A stretch of 64,000 bases of DNA, from contig OZ024745.1 of assembly GCA_964016885.1 (NCBI GenBank), positions 93,310,001 to 93,374,000 of the forward strand. Reading direction: 5' to 3'. Source of the stretch: Eledone cirrhosa (lineage: Eukaryota). The translations under genes were made by a program, and so were the position numbers. Under the pieces are notes generated by a model that worked only from the letters and a program-made list of their open reading frames with translations, made no database searches and had not been told where the DNA came from. Below, one piece after another: positions 19,101-31,409 of this stretch. Every line of letters begins with the position of its first letter. The first letter of the stretch is position 1.

Positions 19101-22100
19101 GATGTCACTCACAAAGACCATTTAAAACTATTTGGTCACAAAACTAACAGATGTCACTCACAAAGACCATCTGAAACTACCTAGTCACAAAACTAACAAG
19201 ATGTCACCCGCAAAGACCATCTAAAACTACCTAGTCACAAAACTAACAGATGTCACTCACAAAGACCATCTAAAACTATCTAGTCTCAAACTAACAGATG
19301 TCACTCACGAAGACCATCTAAAATTATCTAATTATTATTGTCTAATTACATGAGGCACATGTTCTGTAAGACTCTCATAATGTATTGGATTAATAATTGT
19401 TTGTACTATAGGCACAAGGTCAGCAATTTTGGAGGAGGGAAAAATTGATTAAATTGACTCCAGTGCATTCATCATCATGATCATCATCATTTTATGTCCG
19501 CTTTTCCCTGCTTGCAAGGGTGGGACGGGAACTGATTCTGGCTTGATTTCTACAGCTGGATGCCCTTCCTAACACCAACCTCATTTACAGTGAGTGCTGG
19601 GTGCTTTTTTTCCATGGTGCTACACGACCACTTTACAGTGTGGGATGGGTGCTTTTTTGCCGTGGCAACTCCACAACCACTTTACAGTGGTATGATAGGG
19701 AACCCAGTCCTATCATCTCATTTCTACAGCTGAGTAAACTGGAGCAATGTAAAATAAAGTGTCTTGCTCAAGGAAACAACACATCACCGGGTCTGAGAAT
19801 TGAACTCACAACCTTTCGATTGTAAGCCCAATGCTCTAACCCTTAAGCCATGCACCTTCATTGCTCTAACCATGTTGATGCTTATTTTATTGACCCCCGT
19901 AAGGATGAAAGGCAAAGCTAACCTTGGCAGGATTTGAATGCAGATCGTAAAGGGCCGTAACTCCTTGCTGCAAAGTGTGTTGTCTGAGGCTCTACTATAC
20001 TGCCAATCCACCACCCTGGACTAATAATAAGGTTATACAATGTCTTAAGTAGCTACATGTATCATAAGGTCAAAAGGGCACATACAGATTTTGATTGGAT
20101 TTATTGTTGGGATTGAATTTTACTTGTTGTTGTTGTCATATAGCCTTATTTTGTTCTGATCAAGCAAATTCTGTCTGAACAATTGCAATCATAGAGGTAG
20201 ATGGCAACTATAGAGGTAGATTTGCAGGAACAAGCTGAAGCTGAAGCTGAATATGCCCACTGCAAAGAGGTCGTGGAGGTGACACAACAAAAAAGCACCC
20301 AGCCCACACTGTAAAGTGGTCGTGTAGGCGCCACAGAAAAAAAGCACCCAGCACTCACTGTAAATGAGGTTGGTGTTAGGAAGGGCATCCAGTTGTAGAA
20401 ATTAAGCCAAAATCAGTTCTGTATGAGCAAGATAAGGTCACCCGACCTAACATTGCCCACAACAAGAGAACCTGTCTAACCCATGCTAGTGTGGAAGAAT
20501 GGATGTGAAAACTTTGATGATTAGTAATGAGAGTAATTTTAGTAAAATCTCTTATACTTGTCTCTTGCTATTTAAAAGTGTGATTGGTGGCAATGATACT
20601 GAAGAATGGTTATAAAGAAGTTTCTTACCATAAAGACATTTACCTTGAACCTCTAAGTAACAGGTATTGTTACGACAGTTAGGTACACCTGAAGTAACAT
20701 TACAATGCTTTTTACCAGAACAGTTCTTCACTATAGATTCCATGAGGTTATCTACCTGACAGGTTCTATTTGGTGCACTTGGTGTGTTCACAAGAGGTAA
20801 ACATGTAAAAGAGGGAATTGTACTAGAAAATACTGGTTGATGGCTGCTTAATATCTTTGATGAGGAAGTGGTGTATGAAATGTTTATTTTATTGGTTCCA
20901 GGTGTAGCATTTGTAAAATTGATGCCTGTTGTATTACTGGTGGCAGTGCTTGAGAAACTAGTGCTTGGGAAACTAGTGCTTGGGAAACTAGTGATATTAT
21001 CTGAAATACTTGGTGAAGTTGTGGTGAGATTTTCACAGCAAAGTTTGAAACTTTCCACAGCAAAAATGGTGTTATATGGGCAAGTAATATTTATGTTTGT
21101 ATCGTTGAAAGGGATATTCCATGTTTCAGCATATGTAACTGAAAAAGATAAATATAAAAACAAATAGTTAATATATTATAATATAATATAGTACAATATA
21201 ATATAATATAATATAATATAATATAATATAATATAATTGTTTCTACTTTAGGCACAAGGCCAGCAATTACCCAGTGCATTACTGGTACTTTATTTTATAA
21301 TATAATCATCATCACCGTTTTACGTTCATTCTTCCACGCTAGCATGGGTTAGACGAATTGTTGTGGGCAATTCCAGTCAGGTGACCATATCTTGCTCATA
21401 CAGAACTGATTTGGCTTGATTTCTACAGCTGGATGCCCTTCCTAACACTAACCTCATTTACAGTGAGTACTGGGTGCCTTTTACAATGGCGCCTACATGA
21501 CCACTTTACAGTGTGGACTAGGTGCCTTTTTACCATGGCACTTACACGGCCATTTTACTGTGAGTACTGGGTGCATTTTACCGTTGCACCTACACAACCA
21601 CTTTACAGTGTGGGCTGGGTGATTCTTTATCGTAATATAATATAATATGATTAATACCATATAATACCATATAATACAATATAATATAATATAATATAAT
21701 TATTTTCTACTTTTGGCACAAGGCCAGCAATTACCTAGTGCATTACTGGTGCTTTATTTTATCGACCTCGTAAGGATGAAAGGCAAAGTTAACCTCGGCG
21801 GATTTGAACTCAGAACGTAAAGGGCTATAACTCTATGCTGCAAAGCATGGTGTCTGATACTCTACCAATACTGCCAATTCACAATTATATTATATCATAA
21901 TATAATATAATATAATATATCTAATATAGTACCCATAAAAAATGACAGGGTTTATCATCATTGTCATTGCGACTACAGTTGAACATTCTTGACAAAGTCT
22001 CTCCACAATTCCCGAATTTCCATTGCTCCTCGCAACAGCTTCTTACTGAGGTTTATATTGTCGGAGAGTTGATCAATGAAGGTTCAAGCAGGCATTCCGC

Positions 22101-25100
22101 CACAGTTTACGTTTTGTACAATGCTAAGCATTTCAGTGCATGCTCAATCTAGCTTCTTCTCAATTACTTGTGTCAGGGTCCATATACTGATCAAATACAA
22201 CAACACTGACTCAACAGATGCTCTGAAGAATGCTATTTTGATCTCTCTGGATAGATCTGACTTCTACACCCTTTCCATTTTAATCATTGTAGCCCAGACT
22301 TCAGAAATTCTATTGTCAATGTCCTTTTGTGCCAAAACAATTAATGATCCAAGGGAAGGTACTGGAATGGTGGTTTTCTGTTATTTACAAAAGGTTTGGG
22401 AAAATTGATGTTTGTCACAGAAAGTTAATTATAAAACACATATTAACCCTGTCATTGCCATATTTCCATATATTAACACTGTGATTGCCATATTCCCATG
22501 TATTAACCCTGCCATTGACATATTTCCACATATTAACCCTACTATTGTAATATTTCCACATATTAACCCTGTAATTGCTATATTTCCACATATTAACCAC
22601 GTAATTGTCATATTTCTACATATTAACCCTGTCATTGCCATATTTCTACATATTAACTCTGTCATTGCCATATTTCTACATATTAACTCTGTCATTGCCA
22701 TATTTTCACACATTAACCCGACTATTGCCATATTACCATATATTAACTCTATAATTGTCATATTTCCACATATTAACCCTGTCATTGCCATATTTCCACA
22801 TATTAACCCTGTCATTGCCATATCTCCACATATTAACCCTAACATTGACATATTTCTACATATTAACCCTGTAATTGCCATATTTCCACATATTAACCCT
22901 GTAATTGCCATATTTCCACATATTAACCCTGTCATTACGATATTTCCACATATTAACGCTGGCATTGCCATATTTCCACATATTAACCCTACTATTGTAA
23001 TATTTCCACATATTAACCCTGTAATTGCTATATTTCCACATATTAACCACGTAATTGTCATATTTCTACATATTAACCCTGTCATTGCCATATTTCTACA
23101 TATTAACTCTGTCATTGCCATATTTCTACATATTAACTCTGTCATTGCCATATTTTCACACATTAACCCGACTATTGCCATATTACCATATATTAACTCT
23201 ATAATTGTCATATTTCCACATATTAACCCTGTCATTGCCATATTTCCACATATTAACCCTGTCATTGCCATATCTCCACATATTAACCCTAACATTGACA
23301 TATTTCTACATATTAACCCTGTAATTGCCATATTTCCACATATTAACCCTGTAATTGCCATATTTCCACATATTAACCCTGTCATTACGATATTTCCACA
23401 TATTAACGCTGGCATTGCCATATTCCCACCTTTTAACCCCACCATTGACATATTTCCACATATTAACCCTGTAATTACAGTTATTTCCACATATTAACCC
23501 TGTAATTACCATATTTCCACATATTAACACTAACATTGCCATATTTCTACATATTAACCCTGTCATTGCCATAATTCCACATATTAACCCTACCATTTCA
23601 TATTTCCACATATTAACCCTGTAATTGCCATATTTCCACATATTAACTCTGTCATTGCCATAATTCCACATATTAACCCTACCATTTCCTTATTTCCACA
23701 TATTAACCCTGACTTGCCATATTTCCACATATTAACCCTGTAATTGCCATATTTCCACATATTATCCCTGTAATTACCCTATTTCCCCATAATAACCATG
23801 TAATTACCATATTTCCACATATTAACCCTGTCATTGCCATATTGCTACATATTAAACCTACCATTGCGATATTTCCACATATTAACCCTACCATTGCCAT
23901 ATTTCAACATATTAATCCTGTCATTGCCATATTTCCACATATTAACCCTGTAATTGCCATATTTCCACATATGAACACTAATATTGCCATATTTCCATAT
24001 ATTAACCCTGTAATTGCCATATTTCTACATATTAACTCTGTCATTGTCATATTTCCACACATTAATCCGACTATTGCGATATTACCACATATTAACTCTA
24101 TAATTGTCATATTTCCACATATTAACCCTGTCATTGCCATATTTCCACATATTAATCCTACCATTTTCATATTTCCACATATTAACCCTGTAATTGCCAT
24201 ATTTCCACATATTAACACTAATATTGCCATATTTCCACATATTAACCCTGTAATTGCCATATTTCCACATATTAATGCTGTCAATGCCATATTCCCACGT
24301 TTTAACTCTGGCATTGACATATTCCCACATATTAACCCTAATATTGCAATATTTCCACATATTAACGCTGTAATTACAGTTATTTCCACATATTAACCCT
24401 GTAATTACCATATTTCCTCATATTAGCCATGTAATTGTCATATTTCCACACAGTAACCCTGTAATTACCATATTTCCACATATTAACCCTGTCCTTACCA
24501 TATTGCTACATATGAAACCTACCATTGCCATATTTATTAAACCTGTCATTGCCATATTTCCCCACATTAACCCTACCATTGCCATATTTCCACATATTAA
24601 CCCTGTAATTGCTATATTTCCACATATTAACCCTGCCATTGCTATATTTCCACACATTAACCCTGTAATTATCATATTTCCACAAATTAAACCTGTCATT
24701 GCCATATTCCTACATATTAACCCTACCTTGCCATATTTCCACATATTAACTCTACCATTGTTATATTGTAAATGCCATATTTCCACATATTAACCCTGTC
24801 ATTGCCATATATTTACATATTAACCCTGTCATTGCCATATATTTACATATTAACCCTGTAATTGCCATTTTTCCACATATTAACCTTGTCATTGCCATAT
24901 TTCTACACATTAACCCTACTATTGCTATATTTCCACATATTAACCCTACCATTGCCATATTTCCACATATTAACCCTGTCATTGTGATGTTTCCACATAT
25001 TACCCTGTAATTTCCATATTTCCACATATTAACTCTGTCATTGCTATATTTCCACACATTAACCCTGTCATTGTCATATTTCCAGATATTAACCCTGTAA

Positions 25101-26808
25101 TTGCTATATTTCCAGATATTAACTCTGTCATTGCCATATTTCTACACATTAACCCTACTATTGCCATATTCACACATATTAACCCTGTCATTGCCATATT
25201 TCCAGATATTAACTCTGTCATTGCCATATTCCCACATATTAACCCTGTCATTGCCATATTTCCACATATTAACCCTGTAATTGCTATATTTCCACATATT
25301 AACCATCATTGCAATATTTCTACATATTAACCCTGTAATTACCATATTTCCACATATTAACCCTGTCGTTGCAATGTTTCCACACATTAACCCTGTCATT
25401 GCCATATTTCTACATTTTTAACGCTGTAATTGCTATATTTCCACATATTAACCCTGTCATTGCCATATTTCCACATATTAATCTTGTCATTGCCATATTT
25501 CCACAAATTAACCCTGTCATCACCATATTTCTACATATTAAATGCCATATTTCCACTTATTAACGCTACCATTGACATATTTCCACATATTAACCCTATC
25601 ATTGCCATATTTCTACATTTTAACCATGTAATTGTCATATTTCCACACATTAACCCTGTAATTACCATATTTCCACATATTAACCCTATCATTGCCTTTT
25701 TTCAACATATTAACCCTATCATTGCCATATTTCCACATATTAAGCCTATCATTGCCCATGTTTCCATGGAAATATACTGACTGTATTTTTGAATTTATTT
25801 TAAAAATAATGAAGGATTTGGAAAGTAAACTTATTTTGTCATAAATAAGCTTGTGTCTGGTACAAAACAAAAATATCCTTACATAGAACTATAAGTATTT
25901 CTACTTTTGGCACAAGGCCAGCAATTATGCCAGTGCATTACTGGTACTTTATTTTATCAACCCTGTAAGGATGAAAAGCAAAGTGAACCTCACTGGGATT
26001 TGAAATCATACCATAAAGGGACATAACTCTATGCTGCGAAGCATGGCGTTTGACCTGCTACCGATACTGCCAATCCACCACCCTATAGAACTATAATGAG
26101 CAGTTTCAATTCAGACATGAATAATTAAAAATATGAGGATTTGTATCAGAACATGGGGTGGTTTGTGGAGCAGGTCGGTATCAACATTGTTAGTTAGATG
26201 GAGCTTTTGCTACCTCTCTTTTAGCTCATTCTTTTAACAGGGAGCTGCACCTAACTTATAGTAAATATTTACACCTAAGTAGACTGAGTCTATAAGTGTT
26301 AAGTAGGTTTTTGTTTTGTTATGGACATAACATTACTAATGATAATGATTATGACATGATAGAACCTTTCTTCTCACACTTTGTAGACACACATGTTATT
26401 GACTTATACATCAATGACAGTCTGTGTAACTTGAATAGGAAAATGTACTTTAACAACAACAATGATGACAGCAACAGTAACAACAATGACGACGACAACA
26501 ACAATAACAATAATAATAACAATAATAGTGTTTCTACTTTTGGGCACAAGGCCAGCAATTATCCCAGTGCATTACTGGTGCTTATTTCTATCAACCCCGT
26601 AAGGATGAAAGGCAAAGTTAACCTTGGCGGGATTTGAACTCAGAACGTAAAGGGCCATAACTATGCTACAAAGACAACCACAATAATATTAATAGTAATA
26701 ATAATAATAGCAACAATATTTATCAAGGTCTGATAAAGAAAATAATTTACCCCAAAAGATGTCTTTTATAAAGAAGAGGAGTAAGCAGTATTTCCAGTTT
26801 GTTCCCAT
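8648..26808 (-). CDS. Spliced gene for a type I membrane glycoprotein (signal peptide, SUEL/Gal-lectin-like domain with mucin insert, CUB-like domain, TM, basic tail); about 380 aa if indels are corrected. Coding exons: 26808-26751, 21138-20629, 16016-15696, 14298-14250, 12394-12368, 10476-10398, 8755-8648
   Basis: All introns are GT-AG. Phases are 1,1,1,1,1,2 and compatible once 1-nt indels in exons 3, 4 and 7 are allowed. Domain order is logical. Confidence 0.75.
8935..9131. mobile_element. Mariner-like MITE
   Basis: Imperfect TIRs GAAGGGTAGGCTGAAAAGTTCATAGGCT / AGCCTATGAATTTTGCAACCAACCCTTG-TA. Confidence 0.6.
10398..10476 (-). CDS. Coding exon 6: transmembrane helix ILQITAGAVGGVLTFFFIIYGFITYKR
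   Basis: Acceptor ttctttttag; donor CG|GTAAGT; 79 nt, phase 1 to 2; hydrophobic helix followed by KR. Confidence 0.85.
11194..11400. mobile_element. piggyBac-like MITE, intact
   Basis: TTAA|CCCTTTAGCATTT...AAATGCTAAAGGG|TTAA, with a TTAA target site on both sides. Confidence 0.85.
12368..12394 (-). CDS. Coding exon 5: 27-nt stalk microexon ERPSEKGPQ
   Basis: Acceptor tttctttcttttcag; donor A|GTAAGT; phase 1-1. Confidence 0.7.
12500..12910. repeat. Minisatellite of about 36-38 bp (acccaataaacacatgcatatatacatatgtatat)
   Basis: About 11 visible tandem units. Confidence 0.9.
12910..13282 (+). mobile_element. 3' end fragment of a CR1-like LINE
   Basis: KQHSSHDFRKHFFTLRVAEAWNKLP plus a 3' UTR ending caataatttcattattatt, matching 30610-31170. 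Confidence 0.8.
14250..14298 (-). CDS. Coding exon 4: (S)ANSFMVNVECKEIRK
   Basis: Acceptor tattcag; donor AAG|GTAAAA; 49 nt, one A more than a phase 1-1 exon needs. Confidence 0.6.
14660..14896 (+). mobile_element. Solo decayed Penelope pseudo-LTR
   Basis: Homologous to 33290-33546; ends catgaccctcccaaagtataacaat; hammerhead core degenerate. Confidence 0.75.
15120..15560 (-). mobile_element. RTE-clade LINE 3' fragment with GAA-rich tail
   Basis: Minus strand reads YGHESWVMTKRIQ..IQAA; related copy at 57290-57660 with (TTC)n. Confidence 0.6.
15696..16016 (-). CDS. Coding exon 3: CUB-like extracellular domain, with compensating -1/+1 indels
   Basis: 321 nt; acceptor tattttgcag; donor T|GTAAGA. 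Reads EHRMEFC...FTCSCTV...ELDN / TVTKDELK...VNLK / LYKETTAPYQVWLKIS; the middle segment is open only in a shifted frame. Confidence 0.7.
16177..16384. mobile_element. piggyBac-like MITE copy
   Basis: Homologous to 11194-11400; TTAA at right end. Confidence 0.7.
17210..17419. mobile_element. piggyBac-like MITE copy
   Basis: TTAA-flanked; same TIRs and internal sequence. Confidence 0.75.
17970..18140 (+). mobile_element. tRNA-derived SINE (family A) with 15-bp TSD
   Basis: GGGCGGTGAATTGGCAGTATCGG head; B-box-like GAGTTAAAATCCC; TSD ATTATTTGTTTAAAA at 17955-17969 and 18141-18155; more than 12 copies in the window. Confidence 0.85.
18505..19325. repeat. 49-bp minisatellite, about 17 units
   Basis: Unit cacaaaactaacagatgtcactcacaaagaccatctaaaactatctagt. 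Confidence 0.95.
19490..19860 (-). mobile_element. tRNA-derived SINE (family B)
   Basis: Reverse complement of the 42483-42805 copy. Confidence 0.8.
20629..21138 (-). CDS. Coding exon 2: SUEL/Gal-lectin-like Cys domain with S/T-rich insert
   Basis: 510-nt open phase 1-1 exon; acceptor tctttttcag; donor G|GTAAGA; motifs NITCP...CSGKKHCNV...NC...YLEVQGKC; many N-x-S/T sequons. Confidence 0.85.
22050..22335 (-). mobile_element. Decayed RTE-like LINE RT/thumb fragment
   Basis: Reads KDIDNRISEVW...KIAFFRASVESVLLY...WTLT...KKLD, with stops. Confidence 0.7.
22437..25760. repeat. 30-bp minisatellite (catattaaccctgtcattgccatatttcca), about 110 units, intronic
   Basis: Tandem units; 450-bp (15-unit) higher-order duplication, 22531-22975 vs 22981-23425. 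Confidence 0.97.
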
Positions 26809-28660
26809 ATTCTTAATGTATGTAATGAATTTATTGAACTATGGTGCTTTATTTCTAAACAGGAACTGAGAAATAAAAAGAAACAGACCTGCTGTGACAG
26901 GGAGCAACTGTTGTTTGTTCTTATCACTGTTGTTGTTGTCTTATCTTTATCTCTCTGATTTATTATTGGACTTTAAAACTATTTTATTTACCTTGTTGCT
27001 ATAGGTTATTATTGCTCAACTGCTATATTGATAACGTTACTAAGATATATTTCACATTAGTTCAGGTATTTCATATGGTGATGATGATGTTGACGACAAT
27101 AATGTTGATAATGGCACTATCAATGGAATTACTGAATGTGACACAATACAGAAATAATGGGTTTTGCTTTTGGCACAAGGCCAGCAATTATCCCAGTGTA
27201 TTACTGGTACTTTATTTTATCGACCCCATAAGGATGAAAAGTAAAGTTAACCTTGGTGGGATTTGAACTCACACCGTAAAGGTCCGTAACTCTATGCCGC
27301 AAAGCATAGCGTTCGACCCTCTACCGATATTGACAATCCACCACCTTAATATACAGAAATAATTGTTTCTACTTTAGGCACAAGGCCAGCAATTACCCCA
27401 GTGCATTACTGGTACTTTATTTTATCGACCCCGTAAGGATGAAAGGCAAAGTCAACCTCGGCGGGATTTGAACTCAGATCGTAAAGGGACGTAACTATGC
27501 TGGAAAGCATGGCATCCGACCCTCTACTGATACTGCCAATCCAATGGTCTCTGATTTAGACACAAGTCCAACAATTTGGGGGCAGGGGGAAGTTGATTAA
27601 ATCGATTTCAGTGCATTACTGGTATTAGATTTTATTGACCCCGAATGGATGAAAGTTAATCTCAGTGGGATTTGAACTTAGAATGTAAAGGATGTAACTC
27701 TGTGCCGCACAGCGACACTATAAATTGTGTTTACATGCAAAAATCTAACATTTGGAAACTAGAAAAAGTAAGCTGCTAGCAAGCCCTCACCATAATATAA
27801 TATGATTTCAATATCCAGTTGAGAGAGGAAATACTGTAAAGTATTTAGTCTGGGACTAATATTTCTGCTAACTTATTGCCCATTATTATTATTATTAGGG
27901 CGGTGAATTGGCAGTATCGGTAGAGGGTTGGACGCCATGCTTTGACGCATAGAGTTACGTCCCTTTATGATCTGAGCTCAAATCCCGCCGAGGTTAACTT
28001 TGCCTTTCATCCTTACGGGGTCGATAAAATAAAGTACCAGTCACGCACTGGGGTCGATTTAATCGACTTTCCCCTCCTCCAAAATTGCTGGCCTTGTGCC
28101 TATATAAGAAACAATTATTATTAAAGGGACGCACAGTATTGGTAGACCATTGGACAACATGCTTAGTTACAGCCCTTTATGTTCTGGGTTTAAATCCCAC
28201 TAAGTTTAGCTTTGCCTTTCATCCTTATGGGGGTCAATAAAATAAAATACTAGTAATACACTGGAGTCGATTTAATAGACTTCCCCCTCCCCTAAAATTG
28301 TTGGACTTATGTCTAAATCAGAAACCATTATTATTAAAAGGAAACACAGTATCGGTAGAGCGTCAGACAGCATGCATTGCGGCATATAGTTTTGGCTCTT
28401 TATAGGGTCAATAAAATAAAGCACCAGTAATGCACTGGGGTTGATAAATTATAGCTCCAGTAACACTCTGGGGTCAATTTAACCGATTTTTGTCTTCCCT
28501 TCAAATTACTGACCTTGCACCAAATATAGAAATAATTATTATTAAAGGAACGCGATGGCATGGGAGAATCCTTAGAACATCGGACAAAATAATTTGTGGT
28601 ATTTGTTCAAGCTCTTTACATTCTGAGATCAAATCCCAACGAGGTCATCTATACTTTCAA
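25897..28660. mobile_element. Cluster of about 9 family-A SINE copies (minus-strand copies to about 27715, plus-strand copies from 27898)
   Basis: Repeated gcacaaggccagcaatt...ggatgaaaggcaaagttaacctcggcgggatttgaactc and its reverse complement. The cluster surrounds coding exon 1. Confidence 0.8.
26751..26808 (-). CDS. Coding exon 1: signal peptide MGTNWKYCLLLFFIKDIFW
   Basis: ATG at 26808; phase-1 donor G|GTAAAT; upstream acceptor ttttatttctcag (exon starts 26865). Joins the next exon to give ...FWVTYA-ETWN, a plausible cleavage site. Confidence 0.75.
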
Positions 28661-28789
28661 AATCTGCTGTACTCAGGTCTGGAGAGGGGTGGGCTCCGCC
28701 AGGCTTAAAATGGCCAAGAAACGCTGTATGTTAATACGACGCCCATATCAGGAGTTACAGGACCATACCATGCCATACTTATATTTTTA

Positions 28790-31170
28790 TTTTTATTTTT
28801 CACAGATCAAAACTCTGTGATGGGGTTTTCAGCATAACTGGCTACAACTTGTTTCGCAAAGACCGTATTAATCGTGGTGGTGGCGTGAATGTCTAAGTTC
28901 GTTCAATCTTTTCTGCAATTCCTTGCATTGATTTGAACCAATCACAACAAGAAGTATTTTTTGGCGATATACGTATGACGATGTCCACATTTTTACTTGG
29001 AGTTGTCTAACCCCCCCCCCCCCCCCCCCCCCCAATTACCATCCGGACACTCAGCTTTGTGATATCCTCAGAGCTGCTGCCAGGAAATCACCCACTTATG
29101 TTTTTATTGCAGGGTACTTCAATCACCCTGAGATTGATTGGGGGGAAACCTTTCATTGGCCACAAAGTGCAAATGATTTCCTTGAACTAGTGCTGGACTC
29201 GAACTGGTCTCAAGTAGCCATCTCCCCAACAAGAGGTGACAACACTTTGGATCTGCTCTTTACCACCACTCCTGTTAGTGTTACTACTGAGGAACCTTTA
29301 GGTGACTCTGATCATGCTATGGATCGATGCCAATCTGTCACTTATGGGTAGTAACAAAACCAAATCCATCTCCAAATTGCTCACTTTGACTGGAATATAG
29401 CAGACTGGAACTATTACTACACCAAGCTGCAACGCCCAAACTAGCTTGAATTTTACGACTCTGGAGATTTCCACACTATACTTCAGAACATCCTGAACTC
29501 AATATGAACTGCATCAATGCCTTGTAAGCAGAAAAAAACCTCCAGAAAGTGCAATTTGGGAGACTGCAGCAGTCCGACTTGCCAGGAAAGAACATTGTAA
29601 TGCTGAACATGAATACAAACTGCATAAATCAATAAAAAAAAAAAGTGCAATAAATCAGCCAACCATCTCATGCAGGTGACAAAAAAGACAGTGCTTGAAT
29701 TTGAACAGCACATAGCAACCAGCCCTGACAGTAAGGTGTTCTGGAAGTATGTACATTCAAAGCAGAGGCCTCACTCTCCAGTTGGTCCTCTTCACAATCC
29801 CTACACAAGCCAGATTACTGATGAACACAAAGAATGCGCAGAACTTATTGCTGAATGCTATGCAGACATTTTCACTGTTGAAAACCAAAACGTACCATCT
29901 CCACCACCTCTGACATAAAATTCTATAACAACTATGGGATTTACATCTGCAATGTTGTGACGTCACCTTAAGAATAAATGCAACCATGCCTCTCCTAGTC
30001 TTGATGGTGTTACGTACCTGCTTCTCAAACGTGGTGGGTACTTCCTTCTGCACCAGCTTTCACTCTTCTTTCAATTCTGTCTTAACAACTCCGCCAGTGT
30101 CAGTCCTCTGTTAAAAAATGGTGACCGCACATCACCTGTCAACTATCGTCCAGTCAGTCTTACTAGCTGCATTGCCAAACTGATGGAATCCTGTGTCAGA
30201 GAAACACTCTGGAAATTCTAGAATTCTCACAGCCTTATCTGACCCTTGCAATTTGGATTTATCCCTAACTCCAGCTGCTGTGATCAACTTATCGAGTTTC
30301 TTGAAGACATCACCCGGATCACTGATGGTGGCTCATGGGTGAATGTTGTTTACCTTGACTTTACTAAAGCTTTTAATTCTGTGTCACACAAAAGACTTAT
30401 TGCAAAACTCTCTGCAATGGGTGTGAAGGATGATCTTTTTAACTGGTTGAAGTCCTTCATTCTCAGTCGAAGGGAGGTAGTCACGGTTCTAGGACAGCAT
30501 TCTTCACCATATAAGATGTCATCTGGTGTACTACAGGGATCTCTTCTTGGTAAACACCCACACAATTATTAACCATCTTGCAAACAACAACCCTCAGCAC
30601 CTTTTTGAATTCCATGTGTCTAACACACGCGGACATGCCTACAAAGTCAGAAAACAACACAGCTCCTATGACTTTCGGAAACATTTTTTCACACTCAGAG
30701 TTGCTGAAGCATGGAACAAACTCCCTGCATCAGTTGTTAGCTGCCGAGACACTGCATCCTTCAAAACCTCCATGTTTCCTGAAATTCGCCAACACTACAC
30801 CTGATATCCCCCCCTCCACACACACACACACATGTATATCATGGCTCACACACTGTTCACTTTCCGGACATTTGTACATTATTCTATGTACATAGTAAGA
30901 CTGACTGGACGATAGTTGACGGGTGCTGTGCGATCACCATTTTTGAACAGAGGAATGACACTGGCGGAGTTGTTAAGACAGAATTGAAAGAAGAGTGAAA
31001 GCTGGTGCAGAAAGAAGTACTCACGACGTTTGAGAAGCAGGTACGTAACACCATCAAGACCAGGAGAGGCATGGTTGCATTTATTCTTAAGGCGACGTCG
31101 CAACATTGCAGGTGTAAATATATATAGTTGTAGTGTACCTGAGCACTGAACACAATAATTTCATTATTAT
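28790..31170 (+). mobile_element. Decayed CR1-like LINE (APE-RT remnants, internal deletion, 3' UTR)
   Basis: GYNLFRKDR..GGGV; AGYFNHPEIDW; NYRPVSLTSCIAKLME; YLDFTKAF; GVLQGSLLG fused directly to the C-terminal FFTLRVAEAWNKLP; many stops. Confidence 0.85.
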
Positions 31171-31213
31171 TGTTACAGATACTGGATTGCTACATGCAGT
31201 AAATTTGACTTAA

Positions 31214-31409
31214 CCCTTTTGAATTTAAATTGGCCATATCCGGCCAGAATACCTCTTTCTGTTCAAACTGGCTGTAACCTGCTGCTCATACTGATGTTAA
31301 TGTATTGTTCTCAAAATAAATAACATCAAAATCTCGTAGATTCGATATTATGTGAGATGATTACCACAAAAATACAATAGTATATATAGAGAAATGTAAA
31401 GGCTAAAAG
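31214..31409. mobile_element. piggyBac-like MITE copy (diverged)
   Basis: TTAA|CCCTTT start; internal homology to 7691-7895. Confidence 0.65.

Noticed and set aside
18505-19325. Regular repeat resembling a CRISPR array
   Set aside because: No unique spacers, no cas genes, eukaryotic context.
22412-25780. ORFs with HINPVIAIFP / MAMTGLICGN decapeptide repeats
   Set aside because: They come from a 30-bp minisatellite open on both strands, with scattered frameshifts and no splice context.
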